DNA from: a virus
Length of the DNA stretch: 64,000 nt
Virus record (IMG/VR): IMGVR_UViG_3300045988_035499
Strand: one strand, 5' to 3'
Below, piece by piece: positions 53,692 to 62,033 of this stretch. Under the pieces are notes generated by a model. It was not told where the DNA came from and did not search any database. It worked only from the letters and a program-made list of their open reading frames with translations. Position numbers and translations under genes: made by a program. Positions within the stretch are counted from its first letter, which is position 1. Each line of letters opens with the position of its first letter.

Positions 53692-53721
53692 GGATATAGG
53701 GCTTTGATCGGCCCTATATCC
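53692..53721 (+). promoter_or_regulatory. 10-bp perfect hairpin immediately upstream of the sigma-factor gene
   Basis: GGATATAGGG-N10-CCCTATATCC with no T-run. Confidence 0.4.
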
Positions 53722-53739
53722 ACTATAAAGCCCGTAGAT

Positions 53740-54300
53740 ATGACAGATGAAGAAAAACAACAGTTATTCGATCTGATCAAACAGGCGAAAGAAGGCAAGC
53801 AAATTGCCTTTACAAAGCTTTATGAAAAGTATAAGCAAACTATCTACATTACTATATATCATATAGTAAATAACAGAGACGTTGCTGATGATTTAACATC
53901 AGTTACTTTCATAAAAGCTTTTTCTAAGATTAGTAGTTATGTTAATAACATTTCATTTGAGATGTGGTTAAAAACAATAGCTATTAATAGTAGTATTGAC
54001 TATATTCGTCGTACTAAAAAAGAGAAGTCAAATTATTGGATTGACGATAGTGATAATAGTTTCCAGTTGAGTGATTCTGCAGATCATTCACCTGAAGAGA
54101 ATTATATCTTTGAAGAAACAAATTTGAAACTACAAGATGCTTTATCAAGACTTCGCTTTAAGTATAGGAATATATTAAAGTTGCGTACTGAGAATAATCT
54201 CTCTTACAAAGAGATTTCAGAGCAACTTGGTCTTAGTGAGAGTCAAGTAAAATCGACACTCAATAAGGCTAGAGAGAAACTTAAACAATTGTTAAACTAA
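53740..54300 (+). CDS. ECF-type sigma-70 family RNA polymerase sigma factor
   Basis: Region 2-like DVADDLTSVTFIKAF..FEMWLKTIAINSSIDYIRR and region 4 HTH LSYKEISEQLGLSESQVKSTLNKAREKLK. Start MTDEEKQQ lies within track ORF 53704..54300. Confidence 0.75.
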   Translation: MTDEEKQQLFDLIKQAKEGKQIAFTKLYEKYKQTIYITIYHIVNNRDVADDLTSVTFIKAFSKISSYVNNISFEMWLKTIAINSSIDYIRRTKKEKSNYWIDDSDNSFQLSDSADHSPEENYIFEETNLKLQDALSRLRFKYRNILKLRTENNLSYKEISEQLGLSESQVKSTLNKAREKLKQLLN

Positions 54301-54317
54301 AAAAAGATTTACTAATT

Positions 54318-54680
54318 ATGACAGCAGCTTGGATTATTGTGTTACTATTAGTAGCATTTGTACTTTCGCGAGTATTTCGCAGTACTAAGATCTGGTGGAG
54401 TTTTATCTCTGCTATTATGGCTGGTCTATTAGTAGGTTTGTTGAGTAAAGAAGTTGTAAAGTCTACTAAGGTAGATAATACAGCTACTTTTACTCAACTA
54501 GTTAACACCATGAATGAGGAGAGTGTAGCGTGCATGCAAAACTCAATTGAGTTGATCGTAGAAGATCCTACTATAACAGTAGTTGCAGGTTACATTGCAA
54601 AGCTTTATTCATTTGACGCATTAACTAGTACAACAGCCACTAATGGGAGAGATTCACCAGCAATAGAGGATGATAGTTGA
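54318..54680 (+). CDS. two-TM membrane protein (anti-sigma candidate by position only)
   Basis: 120-aa ORF 17 nt downstream of the sigma gene, with two N-terminal hydrophobic segments. Confidence 0.55.
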   Translation: MTAAWIIVLLLVAFVLSRVFRSTKIWWSFISAIMAGLLVGLLSKEVVKSTKVDNTATFTQLVNTMNEESVACMQNSIELIVEDPTITVVAGYIAKLYSFDALTSTTATNGRDSPAIEDDS

Positions 54681-54755
54681 ACCTCTTAAAACATTCTATT
54701 TTTATTACAAACAAATATTAATTAACTTTTTGGAACAAACAATTTATCAAGAATT

Positions 54756-56306
54756 ATGGAAAAAGAAATGACTAAAGCAGAAAGAAAAGCTGCTTTGAAA
54801 GCTGCAAAGAAAGCAGCTAAGGAAGAGAAGAAGGCTGCAATCGCTAATGGCGGTAACGATAAGCCTGAAGTTAAAACTGAGACTAAGAAAGCTGAGGATA
54901 CTCAGCAAGTAGCTGCACAGACAGTAACTAATGAAACTTCTGCAAAGAAGGGAGAGACTAAGAAGGAAGAAAAGCCTCAAGCCACCCAGAAAGAGCAGAA
55001 GAAAGAGGAAAAAGCTCCTTCTAAGAAAAAGGAACCAAAGATTCCCACAATTATTCCTGAAGATGCATCTAAGGATGTAAAGAAGGATCCTGCAGAAGTT
55101 GCAATTAAACGTGCTACTTCCTTAGTAAATGCAGTTGACAATGTAGGAATTCCTATAGGGTCTACATCCTCATCTCTTGATGGTAAAGCGATGTTATCTT
55201 TCGTAATGCAACAGCGTTATGCAAATAACAAAGAATTAGCTGAACGCTATCCAGAAATGTATGCTGACATTAATCGTAACATTGATGTTGTGACATTGTT
55301 AGCACTTGTAGATGTCCGTCAGGATTTGTTTAATCGTGGAGAGAAAGGTGAACTCGAACTTCAGATTGATGCAAATCAAATCATGCCGCTACAAAGTATG
55401 GCAGAAATGCTAGGAATTAAACTAGCTCCTGCTAAAGCTCTGCCTGGAAACGATAAACAGTTGTCTATCGATTTTACAAAATCTGAAGTACCTAATGAGC
55501 TTTCTAAAGATGCAGGTACGTCTTCTATTAAAGAAGAAAAGGTTGAGCTTGATCCGAACAAGATCACTTCTGATGATATGGTAAATTCTGCCTTAGAACA
55601 TATCATCAAAAACGGAAAGAATATGGCAGAAAACATCGTTAACATCGTAGAATGGTATCGTACTTATTGCATTACTAAAGAAGAAAATGCAGATAAGAAA
55701 CTGGCTCTTGATGACAGAACTACAGCTGAATGGCTGGAAGAGATCTTCACAAGAATTAAACCAGTTAGCTTATTACAAGGTCTTGGTCGTGCAGTATATC
55801 TGTATACTTCTCAAACAGGCTCTCCGTGTAGTGCTCATGCAATCTTGCATACACACATGTCTAAAGCTGGTTGGTCTGAAGAACAGATTGCAAGTACGCT
55901 AAAAGCTCTTATTGGAGAGAACTTCCGCTATAAGCTAAAGGATGACAATACATTGAAACCGACGGAAGACAAGGCATTAAATGCTATTGTTGGTAATCTT
56001 GGTACTGAATATATCGACAAGATATTTGCCGACTATAATCTCAGTAATGAGACTATTAACAGTGCAGAAGAGAGTAAGAAATCTGAACTTGAGAACAATC
56101 GTTCAACAGCTCGAAAAGTCTTAGGTATTCTTCGTACTAATTACTTCCCGAAGGAACATAAACCTACTGATGCAGAATTGCGAATGGTAGTAGGTCAGAT
56201 TATTAATCTGTATCGTAATCCAGCAGATCGTCTCGCAGAATACTGCGGAGAGTCAATCAGCAGTCCTAAGGAAAGCGAATTTCCAACAAGTGAAAAAAAA
56301 AATTAA
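54756..56306 (+). CDS. hypothetical abundant early protein with Lys/Ala/Glu-rich low-complexity N-terminus
   Basis: Intact 516-aa ORF with higher G+C. No motif recognised. Confidence 0.7.
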   Translation: MEKEMTKAERKAALKAAKKAAKEEKKAAIANGGNDKPEVKTETKKAEDTQQVAAQTVTNETSAKKGETKKEEKPQATQKEQKKEEKAPSKKKEPKIPTIIPEDASKDVKKDPAEVAIKRATSLVNAVDNVGIPIGSTSSSLDGKAMLSFVMQQRYANNKELAERYPEMYADINRNIDVVTLLALVDVRQDLFNRGEKGELELQIDANQIMPLQSMAEMLGIKLAPAKALPGNDKQLSIDFTKSEVPNELSKDAGTSSIKEEKVELDPNKITSDDMVNSALEHIIKNGKNMAENIVNIVEWYRTYCITKEENADKKLALDDRTTAEWLEEIFTRIKPVSLLQGLGRAVYLYTSQTGSPCSAHAILHTHMSKAGWSEEQIASTLKALIGENFRYKLKDDNTLKPTEDKALNAIVGNLGTEYIDKIFADYNLSNETINSAEESKKSELENNRSTARKVLGILRTNYFPKEHKPTDAELRMVVGQIINLYRNPADRLAEYCGESISSPKESEFPTSEKKN

Positions 56307-56373
56307 ACCCAGCTAAAATATGGCTAAGTTTAAGCTTTTGGAAGAAACTATTCTCTAAAAAATCATAATCAAT

Positions 56374-56778
56374 ATGAATTCTAGAGTATTATCGATTGTT
56401 AGCATGTTTATGGCTAGTGTTCTCATTGGCTATAACTTGCTACCAACGAACACATTACAGGCACAACCACCTGTATTTCCTTCTGTAATAGAACTACCTA
56501 GTATAGCTAGAACTATTCCACAAGAAGTGAAGAAGTCTGTGCAAGAGATAGATGTTGAAATAGATCTATCTACTAACGAAGTATCTGTAAAAGGAACAAC
56601 AGACGCAATTGTGAATGTTAAGACTACTAATGAGCCAAAACCTATAGTAAAATATAAAACTATAGTAAAAGAGGTAGAGGTCAAATCTACTGGATATCCA
56701 TATGTAAAAAGTGTGGGTAAAGTTCCAGAAGGTACTACACCTATTTCTCCATTAAAAACTATTAGTAGTAATGAGTAA
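56374..56778 (+). CDS. secreted or membrane-anchored hypothetical protein
   Basis: 134-aa ORF with an N-terminal hydrophobic signal-like segment. Confidence 0.6.
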   Translation: MNSRVLSIVSMFMASVLIGYNLLPTNTLQAQPPVFPSVIELPSIARTIPQEVKKSVQEIDVEIDLSTNEVSVKGTTDAIVNVKTTNEPKPIVKYKTIVKEVEVKSTGYPYVKSVGKVPEGTTPISPLKTISSNE

Positions 56779-57199
56779 TAAGAATCGCATTATTCTTAAG
56801 CAAATGGTTAGATTATCTACCATTTTAGCTGACCTTATATCTGCAAAACGTAGTATCAATAAGGTTCAAGAACAAGCAGCTTATTTCATTGTACAAGGTG
56901 AAAGTTCTAATTTCTTAGAGGTTAGATTAAAGGCTGCAGAAGCAGATTGCTTATGCTTAGCTCAGTACTTACGTTTGTCTGTAAGTAATTGTTGTAGTAA
57001 ATTGGATGGTTTTGATCCTAGTAGAATGGATCCGCTCGAGTATATCAGTAGTAATGAAATACGAAATAGATGCGCAACTATTTGTCGAGGTACTAAAGAA
57101 ATAGCTATTATTAATTTAGTAACAGGAGAAGTTCAACAGATAGAACCAGATTTACAAAAAAATACGGCTGAAGAGAAAAGTCCTGCGGAAAAAAGTTAA
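56771..57199 (+). CDS. hypothetical protein
   Basis: Intact 142-aa ORF. Confidence 0.6.
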   Translation: MSNKNRIILKQMVRLSTILADLISAKRSINKVQEQAAYFIVQGESSNFLEVRLKAAEADCLCLAQYLRLSVSNCCSKLDGFDPSRMDPLEYISSNEIRNRCATICRGTKEIAIINLVTGEVQQIEPDLQKNTAEEKSPAEKS

Positions 57200-59295
57200 C
57201 AGTAATAGCCGCAATATAAATACTATAATTATACTGTAGTTCGAGAGGAGTAAAACTGTAGCGTAAATCACTCCGGTAGTTATAATTGGGAAGTCATACC
57301 GCTACGTCAGGAAGTTTGTGTTCATTAACGCATAGTCCGAAATAGACAGAATCCGAGAATATGTTAGCAGCTACAACTGTGAGATACCCAAAAGGTAGGA
57401 TACTAGCTTACATACTTGAAAACTATGTAAGAGGAGGTTAGAGTGTACAACCTTCATTAGGCATTGAGAACCGTTTTGGTGAATGCTAAAGACTCGTAGG
57501 AGGAACAATTTAATCCAAATACAAACAGTACAAGGGGAACGAAATCCTCTATAATTACTCGTGTTAGACTATCACAGTCAGAATCAAGTAGGAGTATAAA
57601 CAACGATGACGCAATAGGGACAATCGGGTTCCTAGCCTTAGAATCTTTGAATCAGCTCCTTTGGAAAGAGCAGGCGAAACATTCTAAAAAACTAGGTAAT
57701 TGCTACCAACCTGCGGGGTCCAAACTCGCAGTAGAACAAAATCGTGTAGCCGCGCGAGCTGATTGCGAAGACGGACAAAAGGGCTAATCTACAGTGTTCA
57801 GTACACATCAGCTGTGATGCAATATAATAAACATTGGAACTTGTACTTATGAAGGTAGATAAAACAACTGATACTAATGTAAGGGTAACCGTGTTATGGT
57901 ACATACTTATACAAAGTAAGGATATGAAAGCTGGAAACGCAATGATCCGAATGAGTGAAGCGAGAGCGGAACCATGACATTCGACTGATTATCGTGGAGC
58001 AGGAGCCAATCCTGTGCATTATCGTAAATAGTGTGCTGCAAAAGAACTTACGTATAAGGAATGAGGTATATGAGATTGATACCGCCTTTCAAGTCTGAAG
58101 TGACTCACGTGCTTAGTCGTTCGTGTGAGTATAATTGAATGAGGAATGACTGGACAAAGAATGTCCATGCGGTTTGAGGGCGCTATAACCCTGATTCTAA
58201 GAGGATAGAGACCTTTAGCAAGTCTTAATTAATTATCCAGAAATGTATTGAGGTGAAGCTTAGAGAACACCTTCTAAAAAACAGCAGAGCTTATACGTTT
58301 TAAGATATGTAAACGTCTTTGTTTAAGATATAAACTCAACCAGAGTTGAAGATTAAACATCGTAGTAACTAAAAAACTAACAAAGTAATAAGACCTATAC
58401 AGGATGCTATGAGGATAGCATCTCATAACCAGCTGATATGTTTAAAGTATGTGAGGATATACTTTATTAACTGATGTACTTATGCCTAATAGAATGGGCT
58501 ATTGGAAAAATGTATTCTAAATTGTTTAACATTTAATAATTGGGAAGTTCAATGATAGGTCAGACGCATAGCAGCTTACGTTGTATGTAAGCAATGAAGA
58601 GTCCAAGTCACCCCGACTGCCAACCGTTACGCTGACATAGACACTCGTAAAGTATATAGCAGCAACTATATATGTACTGAGAACGCTGAATCCGAAAAGT
58701 AAGCCTACACACTAATAAGGTCGTTATTAGTCGAGCAATGCTAATATGCAGAGCGCTAGTAGAAAGGGAGCTAAGTAAGATGATAGGTGGAAATCCTAGT
58801 ATTCGTGCAGTATAAACAACAAATCCTATGCATGGTATGAGTGGGTCATGCTATAAGCAATGAGCTCATGAGTTTGGTAACGCTTAGAATAAAGCGACCG
58901 TTATTCAATAGAATATCGACAATATACGGAAATGCCTTGTAGGTCTATCGTAGACTGATGATAAGCGCTGTTTATAATGCAACTAATCGCGTTATGAACT
59001 TACGTTGAGAGGTGCATTAAGCATCGTAAAAGTTGAATCTTAATCGTCGACACGGGACGTTAAAACCATAAATATCAGAAATTATCAGAAGTAAAATTCA
59101 CAGAATTTTTCTCATAAATTTAACCGTTTATTTTCAGCATGCCGAGTAGATTATGTGATTGAGTTCACTACTGACATTATTTCAGTAACATAAATAATCG
59201 AAAAGGCGGAGAGCATTAACACAGTATTAATTAAAGAATAAACCAAATGGTTCGTATTGGTATATCAAGTACGGACTCAGAAAGGAAACATTTGT
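57200..59295 (+). ncRNA. ~2.1 kb ORF-free, G+C-enriched, hairpin-dense block (one or more large structured RNAs; strand assumed)
   Basis: TAA and TAG are frequent in all three plus frames that I sampled. Many GNRA-type loops (GCGAAAC, TCCGAAAT, TCCGAAAAG, TGGAAAC). Internal repeat ATAATTGGGAAGT at about 57284 and 58546. Confidence 0.5.
57641..57653 (+). repeat. fourth exact copy of GAATCTTTGAATC
   Basis: Identical 13-mer inside the 2.1 kb ORF-free block. Confidence 0.7.
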
Positions 59296-59934
59296 ATGGA
59301 AAATAATAATTCTATTGGAGTAACTGTAGGTATCGGTACTCCATCAATTGAGAGTCAAGTCATGGCTCGGTATCGTCAGACTGCAAAGCAGTACGGTCGT
59401 TATTTTGGAGAGCAGATTTTTACAGTGATCTCTACAAATCCTGATCTTAAATGGAAACAGGATGTACTTGATAATAAAAATACATTACGGCAAGAAGTAC
59501 GTGTATTCATTATCAAGCCTATTGATATAACAGGTGTAGAATTATTAGCTAAAGATCTTGATGGTCAGCCAAAGATTGTCTTGAATCCGAAAGCTAACGA
59601 TCCTAACCTTGTATTCCCGTTAGTAGCTCCTGAGTTTACGAAAGCAAACCGGGCAACTGTAACGGAATGTATTGAACGTATTGGTAAGGCTGGTAGTAAG
59701 CCAATGTTCTTCTCTGCAGAGGAATTGCCTACTCTTAATGAGTTGCTAAAATTGCATAATTTTGGTGTTGTCAATTTCTACGAAGAACAGTCTCGTAAGT
59801 ATATGAAACTTTCAGAAACTGTACGGGATATGATTGAACAAGGTGAACGCGCTCAGATCGAATATGCACGGCAGTGTGGAGTAGATCAGAACGAAACTGA
59901 AGTTCACGTTCAAGTGAAACTTGAAGAAGCGTAA
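59296..59934 (+). CDS. hypothetical protein
   Basis: ATG 59296 (MENNNSIGV...) within track ORF 59257..59934. Confidence 0.65.
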   Translation: MENNNSIGVTVGIGTPSIESQVMARYRQTAKQYGRYFGEQIFTVISTNPDLKWKQDVLDNKNTLRQEVRVFIIKPIDITGVELLAKDLDGQPKIVLNPKANDPNLVFPLVAPEFTKANRATVTECIERIGKAGSKPMFFSAEELPTLNELLKLHNFGVVNFYEEQSRKYMKLSETVRDMIEQGERAQIEYARQCGVDQNETEVHVQVKLEEA

Positions 59935-59939
59935 GCATC

Positions 59940-60494
59940 ATGAATAGCAGAATTTCATCTTTACGGATCGAGCTTCTGCGAATACTAATTTGCTCTGAAC
60001 CAACCATATTGTCTAAAGTTCAGATTTGGAACGGAGGACATTCAGAGCCCGCAAAAAAAGTATCAATTAGAGAAGATGGATCGGTCTTCTTCTATTATGG
60101 TAGTGGGCCGTTGTGGTGGCAAAGACTTTTTAATACTTATGAATCGGTAAGTATTATTGATGCTGCAATTCGTATAGCAGATGCTATAACAGGTTCTAAT
60201 GGAACTCGTAATGAAATAGCTTTTGATAGTATTACTAAAAGTATTCTTGATGAGGCAATAAAGAAACGTGATTTCGATTGCGTAGTAGATATTCTATTTG
60301 ATAGTATGCGGAATTGTTCGGACGGAGAATTACATTCTAGATATATCAATCAGGAAAATATTAGAAAATACGCAAAAGAAAATGGACTCACTGGTAAAAT
60401 CATGATGGATGGAAATCTATATGGTTATGCTGGTATTAAAACACCCGATGGACGAGTAATTCCTATTAAACTCGGTCGGATTACAGAACAATAG
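59940..60494 (+). CDS. hypothetical protein
   Basis: 184-aa ORF ending in TAG. Confidence 0.6.
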   Translation: MNSRISSLRIELLRILICSEPTILSKVQIWNGGHSEPAKKVSIREDGSVFFYYGSGPLWWQRLFNTYESVSIIDAAIRIADAITGSNGTRNEIAFDSITKSILDEAIKKRDFDCVVDILFDSMRNCSDGELHSRYINQENIRKYAKENGLTGKIMMDGNLYGYAGIKTPDGRVIPIKLGRITEQ

Positions 60495-60577
60495 TATGAA
60501 CTGGTACTAGTAAATTTCTATTACAGTGCTGAATTGGGCACTTATATAGAGATTACTGAACAGGGTAATCTCTAAAC

Positions 60578-60651
60578 AGTTCCATAGCTTAATTGAATAG
60601 AGCAACAGACTTCTAATCTGTAGGTTATGGGTTTGAATCCCATTGGAACTA
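60578..60651 (+). tRNA. tRNA-Arg (anticodon TCT)
   Basis: Canonical cloverleaf: AGTTCCA / GCTT..GAGC / ACAGA-CTTCTAA-TCTGT / ATGGG-TTTGAAT-CCCAT / TGGAACT-A. Confidence 0.85.
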
Positions 60652-60706
60652 CTAACTAGTAGACGTATTTGGTAGAGTATTAACAATTTAAACATTATCA
60701 ATTAAT

Positions 60707-61210
60707 ATGAAATCAATTACATCTAAATATATTATTACAAAGCGTAAAGAACTCAGTAATGAGATTACTAAATACTGGAATATCATTAAAAATGAAAATG
60801 TTATCCCAAAAGGGGCAACCCGTAACTTTGACTTGAAAAAGTTACTTGAAAAAATCCAGGAAATGGCAGATGAACGAATACTACTTAAACTCTATTTACA
60901 ATGTATAAATATGGGTTATAAGAAGTTTTCTGAATTACCTGCAACAAATAATTATCTAGCTATATTTACTTTATGTGAAAAACAGGAACAATTGTTTCAT
61001 CTAAGCAAGATAAAAACTATTGACCCAAAGCTTAAGCGAGCTAAAGGAAAAAAAGGATTAAATAATTCTGAAGAACTAACTTCAGCATATATTAGTACCT
61101 TAAAAAATAAGTTACAGTTAGAAATTAATAAGTTAAATAAAGATATTGAAGATTTCAATGAGAGTGCAATACTTAATATTGAATCAGCACCAATGTCTCT
61201 TGCAGCATAG
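60707..61210 (+). CDS. hypothetical protein
   Basis: 167-aa ORF ending TAG-TTG-TAA. Confidence 0.6.
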   Translation: MKSITSKYIITKRKELSNEITKYWNIIKNENVIPKGATRNFDLKKLLEKIQEMADERILLKLYLQCINMGYKKFSELPATNNYLAIFTLCEKQEQLFHLSKIKTIDPKLKRAKGKKGLNNSEELTSAYISTLKNKLQLEINKLNKDIEDFNESAILNIESAPMSLAA

Positions 61211-61236
61211 TTGTAATTACATTATTCGTAAGACTT

Positions 61237-61252
61237 GGGGACGATAGTCCCC
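61237..61252 (+). terminator. short GC hairpin followed by T-rich tract
   Basis: GGGGA-CGATAG-TCCCC followed by TCTCTTACATTTTTATT. Confidence 0.4.
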
Positions 61253-61291
61253 TCTCTTACATTTTTATTAACATTTAAAATTATCAAGATT

Positions 61292-61906
61292 ATGGAAAAA
61301 GTTATTTATATAGATAAAAGACAAAAAGAGTTTACAACTAAAGTAGCTAAAGAAGCTATGGAAGAAAATAAAAGAATTAAACAGTCTAAGAAGGATCGTA
61401 TTAAGGAAATCCTGAAGGAAGCAGGATTTGATCCTAAAAAGCGTTATACGGCAAGTGAAAAGAGAAAGTTCACTCGTATAGTAAAGAACAAATTGTTCAC
61501 TAAATCTGTACCTGTTACGTTAACAGATGAACAGTGTAAAGAACGCTGTAAACAGCGTGTAATAGCTAAGAAAGCTCGTTTAGATGCTTTACCTTATGCT
61601 AGATTAGAGATTAAACCTGGTAAACAACGAGGTGCTATTGCAGCAGAATTATCTGTAAAAGAAGAGCCGAAGGAAAGAAAATTCCGCTATTCTATTCAGA
61701 GAAAGAGAGAAGGAGATAGTATGAGAACCTACGATTTCTTAACAGACAATTTCATTGCAAAAACTAATGAAGAAGCTAAGAAGAAAGCTGCTAAATTAGC
61801 TAAGAAGTATGTTAAGGACACTTCATTTGCTGGAATTACAGTTCAAGACATTGAAGGAGATAATAATATTACTTATTATACTAGAAATAAACTTCTAGCC
61901 GCATAA
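61292..61906 (+). CDS. basic Lys-rich hypothetical protein
   Basis: ATG 61292 (MEKVIYIDK...) within track ORF 61235..61906. Confidence 0.6.
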   Translation: MEKVIYIDKRQKEFTTKVAKEAMEENKRIKQSKKDRIKEILKEAGFDPKKRYTASEKRKFTRIVKNKLFTKSVPVTLTDEQCKERCKQRVIAKKARLDALPYARLEIKPGKQRGAIAAELSVKEEPKERKFRYSIQRKREGDSMRTYDFLTDNFIAKTNEEAKKKAAKLAKKYVKDTSFAGITVQDIEGDNNITYYTRNKLLAA

Positions 61907-61942
61907 AATTAATACAATAAATATCGTAATCGTGATTTGGTT

Positions 61943-62013
61943 TCCTATATAGCTCAGTTGGTAGAGCCGCTAGTAATAGTGTGATTGCGCTGGTTCGAGT
62001 CCAGCTATAGGAT
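61943..62013 (+). ncRNA. tRNA-like element lacking a canonical anticodon arm
   Basis: Perfect acceptor TCCTATA/TATAGGA, D arm TAGCTCAGTTGGTAGAGC and T arm GCTGG-TTCGAGT-CCAGC. The 21 nt between them (CGCTAGTAATAGTGTGATTGC) cannot form a 5-bp stem with a 7-nt loop. Confidence 0.5.
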
Positions 62014-62033
62014 CTAATTTTAACTTTATTAAT

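Noticed and set aside
45960-57904. Track ORFs inside ORF-free structured blocks (45960..46151 +, 46712..46924 -, 46891..47076 -, 51829..52068 +, 57692..57904 -)
   Set aside because: They have non-ATG starts or implausible composition. They overlap hairpin-dense G+C islands. 51829..52068 runs straight through the tmRNA-like T arm.
58940-59010. Second hammerhead candidate (GTCTA-TCG-TAGAC-TGATGA-TAAGCGC...GCGTTA-TGAAC)
   Set aside because: The core C3 would have to be paired in stem I. The residue before the putative cleavage site is G. GAAC replaces the invariant GAAA, and stem II needs a bulge.
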